Below are positions 26,215 to 38,999 of a stretch of 64,000 nt of DNA, one piece after another. The first letter of the stretch is position 1. Every line of letters starts with the position of its first letter. The notes under the pieces are model-generated. The model saw only the letters and a list, made by a program, of their open reading frames with translations. It did no database searches and was not told the origin of the DNA. The stretch is taken from positions 6,631,887-6,695,886 of the forward strand of contig JAHRHZ010000038.1 in the NCBI GenBank assembly GCA_024137785.1. The letters run 5' to 3'. The position numbers and the translations under genes are program-made. Source of the stretch: Ginglymostoma cirratum (taxonomy: Eukaryota).

Positions 26215-27068
26215 TGTATAACAGATCGTGGTAGTCTTCAAGAAAATATGTCTAGTAGAATAGATAGATATAGAGAGACATGTAATTTTAATGCAGAGAA
26301 CTATGAAGTAACAGCATTTAGTCAAGAGAAAGGGGAAACCTAATGTGAGTTATAAGTTGTAACTTTAAAAGTGTTATAGGAAGAAAGTGATCTTGGAATA
26401 TTTCACAAATCACGAAGCTAACAGGGCAGTTTGAGACTTTGTTTAAAACGCTTGCAGTATCCTGAGTTTTATAAATGGAGTCGTAGAGTATAAGGAACCA
26501 ATGATGAACTTTTTTAAAATGTGCATTCAGCTTCAGTGGGAGTACTGAGTCCAAAACTGGACTGCACACTTTAAAAAAAGATGTGAAGATTTACGGGAGG
26601 GTGCAGAAAAGATATACAGGAATTGTATCAGGGATTTGGAACTTACAGTTATGCTGTCAGATTGGGGAACGAGGATTGTTCTCTTTATGAAAGAGAAGAC
26701 TGAGGGTAGATTTGACGGAAGTATTCAAAATCTTCAGGGTTCTAGACAAAATAGATATAAAGAAACAATACACGTTGGCCGAAGAATCAAGAAACAGAGA
26801 ACACAGATTTCATGTGATTGAGTGAAATTAAAAAGTGACAACAAAGAAAACTTTATTACTAGTGTGCAGTTAGGATCTAGAACCTGAAAGGGTGGAGGTG
26901 AAGGATTCAATCGTGAATTTCAAATGGAAATTGCATGAACACCTTAAAGGAATAGCAAATTGCAGAGCTACTGGAAAAAGGTTAGATTAGCTAAGCTGCT
27001 CTTCCAGAGATCTGGCATGGACCTGAAAAACTGAATGACCTCCTCCTGTCCTGTAACATTCTATTATT
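26215..27068 (+). mobile_element. Decayed CR1 LINE 3' part
   Basis: Typical C-terminal RT remnants (gagggtgcagaaaagatatacagg) and tail ctgaatgacctcctcctgtcctgtaacattctatt. Confidence 0.75.
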
Positions 27069-27801
27069 TCAGAATAAAGCCCAAATTTCTTCCAGGTAAC
27101 GTACCTTAGACTGGTAATTGAATCTGAGGACTTTCTGTTTAGTTTAGTTCTGTGTTGGCTTTTACTCATTAATACATTTGTGAGGTGAACGCTGAGCAGT
27201 ATTCTCATTTGACTGCACTTCAGTAATGGCTGACACCACGTGAGAGATGGCTCCAACAAAAAAATTGTTTTAATTAACATGCAATGTCAATTAAAAGAGA
27301 ATAATAACTTGTAGTGATTCAAACATTGGTATTTTAAGTGGTTCTCTCATAAGCTAAGCTAGAAAGATCTGTAAACTCAAATAATTGAAATTGAATAATC
27401 CACTCAACTCTGTCAGCGTAGGATATAACAGTTAAGTCATAACATTTTATGGACTTTTTCTTTAAAAGACAAGAAATGATGGTACACACTTCAGGCATGA
27501 ATTTAGAATGTTCCAATGGTGGGCTTGGGACATTATGGATACAACACTAATGTTAGGATTTGGACACTCAACATTGATCATGGTAACAGGGTTGCAGTTC
27601 AGTGGAATTTCTGATGGGCAATTTTGGGATATACTGTTACAAAGTGCAAGTTTAATTTTATATTGAAATTACTTCACTAATGAGCCAAATTTTCCAGCTT
27701 CAGGAATGCCACAATTCAAATACATACAAACACACTTTACAACACAGTCAATTTTATTTTCTATCAAAATCAGTTTAAAAGAAAATCTATTGTGGTGTAA
27801 A

Positions 27802-28022
27802 AGGAGCAAAAACAGAAGTTGCTGGAAAAGCTCAGCAGGTCTGGCAGCATCTGTGAAGAAAAGATCAGAGTTAATGTTTCGGGTCTGGTGAACTGTTCTG
27901 AGGAATGGTCACCGGACCCAAAACATTTAAGTCTGATTTTCCTTCATCGATGCTGCCAGACCTGCTGAGTTTTTCCACCAACTTCTGTTTTTGCTCCTGA
28001 TTTACAGCATCCACAGTTCTTT
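27802..28022. mobile_element. PLE-derived fold-back element (two inverted terminal copies, family B)
   Basis: Left arm aggagcaaaaacagaagttg...gtttcgggtc is the reverse complement of right arm gacccaaaaca...caacttctgtttttgctcct; CTGAGGA core at 27898. Confidence 0.85.
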
Positions 28023-28207
28023 TGGTCTATATGTTATATAAAAATAACAAGCTATTTGTTAAAATTTGTTAAGCTGCAAGTGAACTTCACATTCCCAGAC
28101 ACAAACTTAAAAATCGACAGAATGTTTTTACAATTTTGATGAGAATAGATGACAATTATGACATTTGCTAATTTTGACAACATTAATATTGTAAATTAGC
28201 TCACAAC

Positions 28208-28683
28208 CTGGACTGAAAATTGAGGAAGATTTCCTGGAACTAATTTCAGGCGACCAAACTGGGAAGCCAGGAGTCCAGATAACATAAAATATCCTTCCTG
28301 CATCATGATGCTGCAGCAGCCACGGGCCAACCTTTTGAGGGACTATTGTTCTATGTAATGGTAGCCTGGTTGAAAAAGCCAGTTTTTTAGTTTACATTCC
28401 AGAGGTTGTTGAGAGGGTGCCTCTTGAAATGTGCTCTCCCTCCCCATCATTCCATTGCATCTTGCAGCTGCTTTCAAGTTGAATGGCCTTTATTCGATTG
28501 GTTGTCTAGTTTCAAGAATCTACTCACTGTCCTTAATTCAATGATTAAGATCTCCCCAATCCTGTACAGCCATTAATTGCCTGCCATAGAGAAAATCACA
28601 ATACAGTTATCCATTCAGTATAGGCTTCTGACCCATATTCTGCCTTGATAGCATTCAGAAGCCCACAAGGAAAATCCAGCTCC
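28208..28683. mobile_element. Non-autonomous DNA transposon (MITE-like, probably Harbinger-related)
   Basis: Right end ggaaaatccagctc (28669-28682); subterminal cactgtccttaatt shared with the copy ending at 37494. Confidence 0.5.
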
Positions 28684-29429
28684 AAGATTTCAGATTTCCA
28701 AGTTACTTCAAACTGGCTTCAGTTCCTCTGTTTCTCCTTTTGTTTGTCCCTTAAGCCCTGAAAAGAGGATTCAGAAGACAAAGTGGAGAGATATCTTTTT
28801 TTTTGGCACATGCAATGTGAGTTCATAGTAGAAGATGCAGGCAACATTAAAATGAGAATAGTTCATTCTTTTTTAGACTTGGCTTTTCCTGGCACAGGAA
28901 AATAATTCCTGAATATTTCCTCTAGCAGGTATCAAGATAAGTTACTTCACATCTCAAAATATTTTGTGTAGGATACCAAAGCAAAAAGAGAAAACTCATG
29001 GGAAACAAAATTTAAATTTCATACAACTTTTCTTTGATGAGTTTTGAAATTAAATTGTATAGCTTCGGTACTGGAATAATGGAGATTGCTGCAAGCAGGT
29101 TTTATCTAAAGGCAAGACTGAATTCGAAATGACACATTGTTATTTAGTAATTGCACTTCAGTTTTGATTTCAGTATTTGACAAATAGTGACAAACTGCTG
29201 TATTGTTGAACGATAATGCATTTACTCTGGTTGTGTAGGATTGCATTTTTCCTTGTTAGTTATTTTAGAAAAGCTCTTTTATAACTGCTTAATAAAAACA
29301 AGAAAATAATTACTGAAAATCTTCATCTATACTTTGATTTAATTAAACACCTTTTGGAAAAACAAACAAAAATTATATTATTCATTCTTGTTTTCTTAAA
29401 AAAAGATTGCATACAATTGTATGGTTGTG

Positions 29430-29785
29430 GATTCACGCAGCATGGAAGCAGAGCCTTTGGTCCAACTAATCCACACTGACCATGTTCCCAAACCAGACTA
29501 GTCCTGCTTGCCTGTGTTAGGCCCATATCCCTCCAAACCCTTTCTCTTCATGTACTTATCCAAATGTCTTTTAAATGTTGTAACTGTACCTGCATCCACC
29601 ACCTCCTCTGGTAGTTCATTCCACATATGAACCACCCTCTTTGTAAAAAAAAAATGTTCCCCCCATGTCCTTCTCAAATCTTTCTCCTTTCCCCTTAAAA
29701 ATATACCCCGAGTTTTGAACTCATCAATCCTAGGGAAAAGACCCTTGCTATTCACCTTAACTATGCCCCTCATGATTTTATGCAA
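29430..29785 (-). mobile_element. CR1 LINE 3' end
   Basis: Minus ORF MHKIMRGIVKVNSKGLFPR...FFTKRVVHMWNELPEEVVDAGTVTTFKRHLDKYM is the CR1 ORF2 C-terminus. Confidence 0.92.
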
Positions 29786-30631
29786 TGTCAGTGCTCCCTT
29801 GAAGTCTTTTATGTTTTGGAATAACCTAGCAAGATATTTGTTGAAAAATAATATTTGGGGAAAACAAACTGCTTGACCAAAGAAAATGTCAGCAACCAGA
29901 GGGTTAATTTTTTACTGAAGAACTTGGTATTCCAAGTCATTCTTTTGCATTTGATGGCACCAGTCTTAAGTTTTACAATTCAGCTGTTTTTTTTAACATG
30001 ATGGACTGAAAGTGGGTGTAGATTATAGCTCTCGCACTTCTGCTGGCTATCAGGCAGTCAGTAATAGAGGCCTAGCCACTGGCATGATGTGAAACTAATG
30101 GTCATAATTGCCCTCAGTGTTTGACAGGGCTGCTATCACAGCTCTTGAAAACTGTATGTTTAAAGCAAGATTTACAGTAAATTACACCATAATGGTGAAA
30201 AGAGCAGTGTATCCACACGCACATACAAACAGTCTTCCTACTTCTCTCTAATCGTATCCACTGCAGAATTTGGCTATGTACCTAAGTGACACCTAGATGC
30301 AGTCTATTGTTTGACAGTTATTAGATTGTTAAATGTTGGAGTGCATTTCCACTTCTTGCAGTGCAGAAGGTAGCTGATAACTAGTACATTTATTGGAATT
30401 GGAATCCCGGTGATAAGAAAATAAAGTTATTCCACCAACCTTCTTAAGATCATCTGGAGAAAATGGAAGATGATTGACACTAAATAAGATAGTAAAGCAA
30501 AAGGCAACAATGGATCCATTTGACTCACTTCCACTTCCAGTAAAATGCTGAACTCAATTATCAGAAGTAAACTTGAAGATAATTTGTGCAATAATAACTT
30601 AGTTACAGGCCCCTCAAACTTGCTCTGCAAT

Positions 30632-31130
30632 TCAATAAGATTATGGCTGATGTGTTTGAGTTTCTAATTCCACACACCTTTTTACGCTCGATAATCCTTG
30701 ATTTCCCTGCCTGACACGAATAAGTCCACCTCTGCCTATAAAATATTCAATGAACTTGCCTCTATTGCTTCCCAAATCATAGATTTCCAAAGTTGCACAA
30801 CCATCTGAGAGAAAAATTTTTCATCTCGTCTCTGTCCTGAAAGGGTGACCCCCAATTCTACAACAGTGCCTGCTAGTTCTGCCCTGACCCACAAGAAGAA
30901 ACATCCTTTCCACATCCACCCTATCAAGACCATTCAGGAACTTATGCACATCAACTTGGCACTCACTCCTCTAAACTCCAGTGGAAACAATCCCAGGTTA
31001 TCCAATGTATTTTCATAAGACAACCTACTAACCCTCCTCTGAACCACCTGTCTTGGCATTTCTGAATTTTGCTACCATGGCTTTGTTCCTGTCATCCAAG
31101 TCATTGACATAGTTTTAAAAAGCTGGGATA
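30632..31130 (-). mobile_element. CR1 LINE 3' end, decayed
   Basis: Minus ORF ...FFSQMVVQLWKSM.WEAIEASSLNI. Confidence 0.8.
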
Positions 31131-31276
31131 CTCATGTGACCTTCATATAGACATGTCAGAGATGTTCTAAATGGTTGGCATTTCACAGATGTTTCTTCAC
31201 TAGTTTTGGCTAGCTTTGGGCTAGAGATTGTCAGAAGTGGATAGGGACATTGCTTTCTCAGGGAGGCTTTAAAGAC

Positions 31277-31645
31277 AAATGCCATCCCCTATTCCCAATT
31301 CCTTCGCCTCTGCCGCATCTGCTCCCAGGATGAGACATTCCACTCCCGTACATCTCAGATGTCCTCATTCTTCAAGGACCGCAACTTCCTCCCCTACAGT
31401 GGTCGAGAACGCCCTCGACCGTGTCTCCCGCATTTCCCGCAACTCATCCCTCACACCCCGTCCCCGCAATAATAACCAAAAAAGAATCCCCCTCATCCTC
31501 ACGTACCACCCCACCAACCTCCGGATCCAACGCATCATCCTCCGACACTTCCGCCATCTGCAATCAGACCCCACCACCAAAGACATTTTTCCCTCCCCAC
31601 CCTTATCTGCTTTCTAGAGGGACCACTCTCTCCGTGACTCCCTTA
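31277..31645 (+). mobile_element. Young Penelope-like internal fragment (RT C-terminus/linker)
   Basis: VVENALDRVSRISRNSSLTPRPRNNNQKRIPLILTYHPTNLRIQRIILRHFRHLQSDPTTKDIFPSPPLSAF; the overlap is near-identical to the reverse complement of 53335-53451. Confidence 0.9.
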
Positions 31646-31801
31646 GTAAAATTCAAAGTCAGGTTTTGATTATTTGTGAGGGGAACATGAACCTGAAAAC
31701 CTAACACCTTCATAAGGTTGTATCAAAGACACCTTGATTTTAAGCTGGAAAACCCATGTGTGTCCAATCTGTCTTCATAACTCATACTTGATATTTGTGA
31801 G

Positions 31802-31920
31802 GCCCTTGTGATGCAATGATGGGTGTCCCTACCTCTGGGTAAGGAGGCCTGGGTTCAAGTCCCACTTGGTCTAGAGTTGCATAATAACATCCCTAAACAG
31901 ATTGGTTTGGAAATATCCAT
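31802..31920 (+). mobile_element. Short tRNA-derived SINE
   Basis: A-box-like gtgatgcaatgatgg and B-box-like gggttcaagtccc. Confidence 0.55.
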
Positions 31921-33389
31921 ACTTGATTCTTGTGAACAGTCTGATGATAATTCTCTGCACTGCCTGAAATTCTTCCTTCATTCTCTGCTGAGCAGACCTG
32001 ACACAGTACTTGAGCTGAAATCAAAACTAAAACATCAATTAAATATGTTAAGAAGGATTTAGCAATCCCTGTTGATATAATCTTTTCATTCATTTGAATC
32101 TGATGTTAAGGAGATCTCCAGGCATCATGCAACAGTGATGTCATCAAGCAGGGAAAGCAGTGAATCACACTGAAAAATTCTCACAGACAGAAAACCAGGA
32201 AATAAGTTCCTGGTTTGCCCTCCACATTTTACAAGTTCTTGCAGAGAGCAAACTAAGAATTGGGACATAATGTTAGAAGTTGAAAGACTTGAAACAAACT
32301 CAAAAAGAAATTCCAAAACTACAGAATTATAATGATGGAGAAGTTTGACTTTCCTGCAGCACAAGAACTGCCAGTTGAAGGCCATCTTACAACTGCATGG
32401 CACTAAAGTTTGGATTTTGTTCAGGTGTTAGGCTGGCATGAAGAGGTGCACACACTCTGTTGACTTTTTCAGCATGAGTTAAATTTCTGCTGCAATGATT
32501 CCATTTGAAGTGGAACGCCTGTCAGGATGCTAAGGAAGAGGTTGAATGCGGAGAGATCATCGCCATTGACTTTTAGCCTTAAATTGGTGAGATTTATTCA
32601 GGCCTGTAAAAATACACATTAGTTTTTGTTTAAAGAATGAATTGTCAATACTATCTGGTCTAAATTTAAGCTTAATATTGCTTTAAATCACAGCTGCATA
32701 TTTGGCCATCATTTAATACGAGTGTTGTTTCAGCAAGCTGGCAAAATACACTATGTACTTAAGTAACCAATATCATATATGCAGAATTATTTCACACCAT
32801 CTACTACATGGAACTTCCAAATTCTGGAACCTTCAAGGATATGAGAACAAAAATAGCACACCCTGTCTTCCCTGTCTGGGAGAGTTTGACTGGATGATCA
32901 TCCTCTCATAGGACAAACCGGCAGCTTTGTTTAGTTAATGCAGGTCCCTGGCTCATGAGAATGTTTAGTCTGGATGACTTCAATGACTCTGACATCCTGT
33001 GCATCGTGAACATCTGCAGAACTCATTTATTCTTACAGAAGCTCCAGAAAATTTGTATCCAAAAGAAAATCTTAGTACCATGCATAAAATGTCTCAAGTT
33101 GATATTTGCTATATCAAAAAATGTAAAATGAGTTAAATGCCCAAAGTGTGAAAGCAGATTATTATTGGTGTATTTGTGATTTTCGGGACTATTTCGTATG
33201 TTGCATTCAAAACTTAGTGATTGTGTGTAATTCAAATTGGTCTATAAAGTACTGCAGGTAAAATGCAGCCAACTTTTAACTGAAAAAAATGGCTTCACTG
33301 GAAAGGTTTCAGAACTGAAAAGGACACTTTATTCATTTTTTCAGGAGTAATAAATTATTTTTCTCTTTCCTTCTTATCTTGTCATCTGT

Positions 33390-33940
33390 TCCAAACAAAA
33401 CTTGCTGGGGCTATGTGTAATGATGTTATCAAAAACTCTGAACTTCAGCACTCGTCCTAACATACTGTGCAGCAGCATACTGTACAACTTTCTGTCAAAG
33501 GCTATTGTGCATACATCTATGAATACATACTCCCAATTGAGTGCAACAACATGCATTATAACTAGAGCCCTTGATGAAACATTCCCTTGATGACAAACCC
33601 CTGCTGCTGGCTTCCTGTGCTATTCAAACATCACTATTCCACACATTCACCAATTGATAAAAACTGACAAGCTGGTTGAAACAGTTTTGTGCTGTACTTC
33701 AGTTATCACTCCATGATGTCCTGCTCAATCCACCTACTGCCCACCATCTACCTCAGTACCTCATATTCAGCAACCTGTCTGAACAAGACCTCCTGGCAAA
33801 CACTTACTGGAACAAGCAGTGGAAGACAGTAAAAGTCACTAATAAGTTCCTTGCAACAAATGACATCTGTCAAATGGCAGGCTTTAAACTCTAATTGCAA
33901 ATGATCCTTATTTGACAGGCTCAGAAGAGGTGCAGCCAAC
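33390..33940 (+). mobile_element. Vingi/Ingi-like LINE C-terminal remnant
   Basis: Decayed reading TSALVLTYCAAAYC...QLSATTCIITRAL...WLPVL...YWNKQWK..TNKFL...AGFKL...SLFDRLRRG (cf. PGFDL.R..W..LNR.RTG). Confidence 0.6.
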
Positions 33941-33949
33941 CACCACCAC

Positions 33950-34525
33950 AGAGTCATACAGTCATACAGCATAGATACAGATCCTTCGGTCCAACTCGAC
34001 CATGCTGAAACAGGTTTCTCATACTAAGAGATAAAAGGTACTGCAGATGCTGGAGAATCCGAGATAACAAGCATGGGGCTGGATGAACACAGCAGGTCAA
34101 GCAGCATCATAGGAGCAGGAAAACTCGACGTTTCGGGCCTAAACCCTTCATCAGAAAAGAAACTACTCCTATTTGCCTGATTTTGGCCCATATCCCTCCA
34201 AACCTTTCCTATTCACATATCTGTTCAAATATCTTTTAAATGTTGTAACAGTACCTGCATCTACCACTTCCTCTGGCAGTTCATTCCATACACAAGCCAC
34301 CCTGTGTGTGAAAAAGTTGCCCCTCATGTCCCTTTTAAGTCTTCCTGCTCCCTTAAAAATATGCTTCCTGGTTTTGAGCTGTTAAACCCTAGGGAAAAGA
34401 CCTTTGATATTCACCTTATCTATGCCCCTCATGATTTTATAAACCTCTATAAGGTCAACCCGCAACCTCCTACACTCCAGTGAAAAATGTCCCAGCCCAT
34501 CCAGCCTCTCCTTATAACTTAGACC
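33950..34525 (-). mobile_element. CR1 LINE 3' end, interrupted by a PLE fragment
   Basis: Same family as 29430-29785 (ggcccatatccctccaaacc...tcaccttatctatgcccctcatgattttat). Confidence 0.9.
34029..34157 (-). mobile_element. Very young PLE terminal fragment with intact hammerhead core
   Basis: Reverse complement of 13168-13297 with about 2 differences by eye. Confidence 0.92.
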
Positions 34526-34584
34526 CTCCATTCAATCCTCAGCAGACTCCCCTTACATCATTGGCCCTCCCTCTTCAGCTGCTT

Positions 34585-35222
34585 CATCAATTATCTATTT
34601 ATAAGGTCAGAAGCGGGATGTTCACTAATGACTGTGCAATGTTTAACAGTGTTCGATATCCAGGTTTGCGCTGACGAGTGGCAAGTAACATTGACACCAC
34701 ACACTTCCAGGCAATGACCATCTCCAATAAAAGACAATCTAAGCTCTTGATGTTTAATGGCATCACCATGACTGAATCTCCCACTATCACCATCTTGGGG
34801 GTTACCATTGATTTGGAATTGAACTGGACTGGTCATCTAAGTACTGTGGATACAAGACCAGGTCAAACTTAGAATCTTGCAGGGAGTAACTCCTCCTGAT
34901 TCCTTAAAGCCTGTCCACCAACTAAAGGCCATAAATCTGTGTGATTGAAAACTCCTCACTTTCCTGGATGAGTGTAGCTGCAACAACAATTGTGAAGCTT
35001 GATACCATCCAGGACAAAACAACCCACTTGATTGGCACCACATCTGCAAATGTTCACTCCCTCCACATTAATGCTCAGTAACAGCAGTGTCTACCATCGA
35101 CAAGATGGACTGCAGGAATTCATCACATCCTTGGGCAGCTCACCACCACCCTCTTGCCACAACTAGGGAAGGGCATTAGATGCTTGTCCAGCCAGAATTG
35201 CCCACATGAATGAATACAAAAG
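34585..35222 (+). mobile_element. CR1/L2-group LINE 3' part
   Basis: VRSGMFTNDC (cf. MFADDC), FQAMTISNKR, ITILGVTID; tail gcccacatgaatgaatacaaa. Confidence 0.8.
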
Positions 35223-35564
35223 AGAGGTGATTGTGGAAAGATCCAAACAATATTGTTACTGAGGAATATCCTCTCTCCAGACTAAGTGATGGGCGAATCA
35301 CCTTAAACTCAGAAAACGTCTCGGCTATCACTTGGCTTCAGGGACTTGTATTCACAAAGTAAATAAAAATCTGGTCAATTTAACGCATACACAAAATATT
35401 ATCATCTTGCTCCGGACCATTCACATGCAGGTCCTGCTTTTGAAATTATCATAAAAAGGTTAATTTAAAAAACAAAGCAATCTGACCTATTAGGCCAACG
35501 TTAATTCTTTACACGAGTATTACAAAGCTAATCTCACTGTCCTATACTTTGTTGTATAACACTG

Positions 35565-35869
35565 TGCATGGTAGCACAGTGGTTAGCACTGCTGCCGCAC
35601 AGCACTAGGGATCCAGATTTGGCTTCAGCCTTGGATGACTGTGTGAAGTTTGCACATTTTCCCTATGTGCACATAGTTTGTGCTGGGTGCTGTGGTTTCC
35701 TCCCACAGTCCAAAGATGTTCAGGCTAGGTGGATTAGCCATGGTAAATGTGGGGTTACGGCGATGGGGTGGGTCTGGCTGGGATGCTGTTTGGAGGGACG
35801 GTGCAGACTTGATGACCTGAATGGCCTCTTTTTACACTGTGGGGATTCTATGATTCTTTTATGATTCTA
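35565..35869 (+). mobile_element. HE1-type V-SINE
   Basis: tRNA-like head ggtagcacagtggttagcactgctgcc, V-domain ggtttcctcccacagtccaaagatg, CR1-derived tail attctatgattct. Confidence 0.88.
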
Positions 35870-37019
35870 CAGTATCTGTAATCTCTGATAGACTCTGAGA
35901 CTAATCTGTGTTTTGGGCTGCAATAAAGTTTTGTATCTCTTCTGTGTCACAAGCAACATTGGAATATGGATTGATTTGATGCAGAATTATTCCAAGGATT
36001 TAAAATTATGGCCATTTGTGGGGTAATGCTTAAACTCCTGTCCCATCAGAAAGGTAAATATGTTTTGTGTAAGCTCACTCTATATTTGTTCCTGTACACA
36101 TAACTTTGGAAGCATTTGTGCAATCATTTTTCACCGAATTCTCATTTTGGTGGCTTTCAATTCCATTTATCTGTAATAGCATTTATGGTTCCCTTTCCAT
36201 GGTGATCTGTAAGTCCTCCAGAGTGCTTTGTGAATGGTTAGTTGTACAGGTATATCTTTAATAAGGTGAATAGTGTGCTGGCATTCAAAATGGGGCCACT
36301 GTAATGAGATTACTAAACTTCTTGTGGCACTAGAGTGCAATTGTATGAGTGTCACATCCTCTCAGATGGCATGAATGAGGTTCCAGGCAAATTCGCTGGT
36401 GTGGAAATAAAGCAGCATATGTTCAACTTGCCCCAGGAGAGCTCAGAGATTGAAATCAGGGTGAGTTTTCTGTAACTGGCTGCTCCGTCATATTGCCTTA
36501 GTTAGATGCAGACTGCAGAGGATCCTGCTGTAGACATTCTTGAAAAGTGAGAGAAAAATGTTTACAAGACATGCAGTGAAGTTATCTGAGTCACATGAGC
36601 ACTATTCCTTAGCTGTAGAACACCAAGATACTTAGCCAAAAGTGTCTTCTTGAAAACCACACTAATTTTCATTCAGTTCAGCTGATCAGAAGTGCTCTGC
36701 ATGATTTTATGCTGATCATTACTGGAGTGGCTATGCAAATATGCTCAGAAATACTCAATACTCCTGACCACCAACGTGTGCAATCGTTTTCCCTCTGGAA
36801 TCACAATGGTGGGAATTGCTGCCAGGAAGGACAACTCCACCTCCTCTCATTCTGATTCACATCTTTTCCATGTACATTTTATTATTCATATTCAATTCAG
36901 TTTGAAATGATAGTCCCCAGATTTGTTACTGATTGACCAACAAGTCTAAACAGTCTATTCACATTTACCCTTTTGCAAATTGTTACATAATTCCCTAGTC
37001 ATCTTTGTTTCACAGAAAG

Positions 37020-37494
37020 TTTAACTGGGTGACCCCACCATTGCCTGAGAGACTGCCAGCTTCATGGAGGCAGCCTTCCTGCTGTAATCAAGGGAGATAT
37101 TGGAGAATGAGGCTCCATGCTGCAATGAGAGGGCTCTGGCCATGAAAAGCAGTCCCTGTGGATCCCAGCAATCCGGTTGGAGGGGATCCTGCAATCGCTG
37201 AGACCATCTCTTTAACCATTCTAAATATTAACTTGTACCCACCTCTATGATGATGCCTTTATTTTGAGGCCCTGAAGAACCTCAGCAAGGTTCACCACTC
37301 CTGCTAGTGCTGTTGAGTCTTCAGAGCTCTCAGCCCTCTGCCCCTGCAGTATCAGGAGCCTGCACACTATCCTTAATTGGATAGTGGTCCTGCAATAAAA
37401 TCAGTGAGCCAATCCTGCTGCCAACAAGTGGAAATTGGAAATTCACTTAATAGCCCGAAGTCAGGGCAACAAACGTCACGGTAAAATTCAGCTC
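37020..37494. mobile_element. MITE-like element related to 28208-28683
   Basis: cactatccttaatt (37365-37378) and right end ggtaaaattcagctc. Left boundary uncertain. Confidence 0.45.
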
Positions 37495-37599
37495 AATGCG
37501 TCAGGTCATATACATGTCACCTTTAACATAAAGCAATGTCTCAATGCATTTAAAAGTAGGGTTAGTGGCAAATGGGTGCATTCCAAGATGGTAGAGACA

Positions 37600-37778
37600 A
37601 TGAAAACAAAGAACTACGAATGGTGGAAATCTGAAACAAAAACAGAAATTACAGGGGAACTCAACAGGTCTGGCAGCATCTGTGAAGAGAAAGCAGAGTC
37701 AACATTTCAGAATTCTGATGACCCAAAACCTTGCTGGTGCTTTCTTTCCACTGCAATTTCTGTTCTTGTTTGTTTTCG
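37600..37778. mobile_element. Decayed PLE family-B fold-back element
   Basis: aaacaaaaacagaaattacaggggaactcaacaggtctggcagcatctg followed by a partial inverted copy gcaatttctgttcttgttt. Confidence 0.65.
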
Positions 37779-38189
37779 AGGTGATAGATGGCTCTTGAAA
37801 TTTTTAAAGCAAAAGAGAGAAGGGAAGAGACAGAAATGTTTAGACAGGATTTCCTAAGAATAGAATTCAGACAACTGAATGCTTTGGCACCAGTGGTGGA
37901 GTAAAATGGTGGGAAATGGCACAGAATTTGGAATCAGAGGAACAGAATTTAAAGTTATAGGGTTCAAGGGAAGGCAAGAATGGGTTTGTGCTCGAAAATA
38001 TGTATTTTAAATGGAATGAAGTAGGGAATGGAGCAATTTTAGGTCAGGGAAGAGGGAAAGATAAGCAAATATGGTGAGGGGCAGAATGCATGTGCCATTG
38101 TTTTGAGAAGTTGGAGTTTGTATAGAATTGGGATCAGCAAGTGTAATGGGGCTGAAATATTTGGGATTCAGCAAAGGTGTGACTGGAGG

Positions 38190-38779
38190 TAGATGGGGCC
38201 TGAAAATATTGATCTCCCATGTCCCCAGCACAGTGGGCTTGGGACCAGCTGGACTACCTGGCCCTACAAGACAGGCAGCCAAATATACTCATTGAGCTTT
38301 GTTAACCAGACTAAAATACCATTTGGGGTCCAATGTCCTAAACCCAGAGAGGGTGTTTTTAATTGCCTATGGCAGGCAACTGCTGTCACACAGAGGTGTT
38401 CACCAATCTAAATGTGCCAAAAGCCCTTTGTTCCTGCTTGAGTATGGGTGTACTTGTAGACACATTCCCCATGATGTCTGCCTCTCACCCCACTCTTTGG
38501 TAGTGGCCTGGCTACTGAATCTCTTTTTTTTAATTAAAAATTTTTAAAAATGCAGTGAGAGGGCACCTCCGTAAATTGAAGTGCCCTTCCTTTCACCTCC
38601 AACTTGGTGTTCCTCTGAAGCCCATCTTTTGCCCATAACTGGACCAGAACCTACTGCCTCCATGCCAATTAAGGGGTACCTGTGTGAAAATTTTAGTGAT
38701 GATTTCCAATGGTCACAGGACTGGGGTAGAAAAACATTTTCAACTCTTGTTTCCTGCCTTTAGATGGAAAATCCAACCC
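38190..38779. mobile_element. MITE-like element
   Basis: Right end ggaaaatccaaccc (38766-38779), similar to the other AAAATYCAGCCC-like ends. Confidence 0.4.
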
Positions 38780-38999
38780 TTACATCTACTGCTAATGAAA
38801 GCATAAATGAGGGATTCAATGAAGCTGAGGGACAACAATTGTTGACAATATTGCAGAGTTAAAAGCATGTGATCTTGTTGATGTATACTTATTGTTTAAA
38901 CAAGGCATTAAGGTTATTTGTTTTCACCTCAGAAGATGTCTGGAAGATGATGTTTTTGAGCTTCCCATTGTCGAATTGGAGAAAATTATCATCCAAAAT

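Noticed and set aside
35565-35640. tRNA-like sequence
   Set aside because: It is the tRNA-derived head of an HE1 SINE and has no complete cloverleaf.
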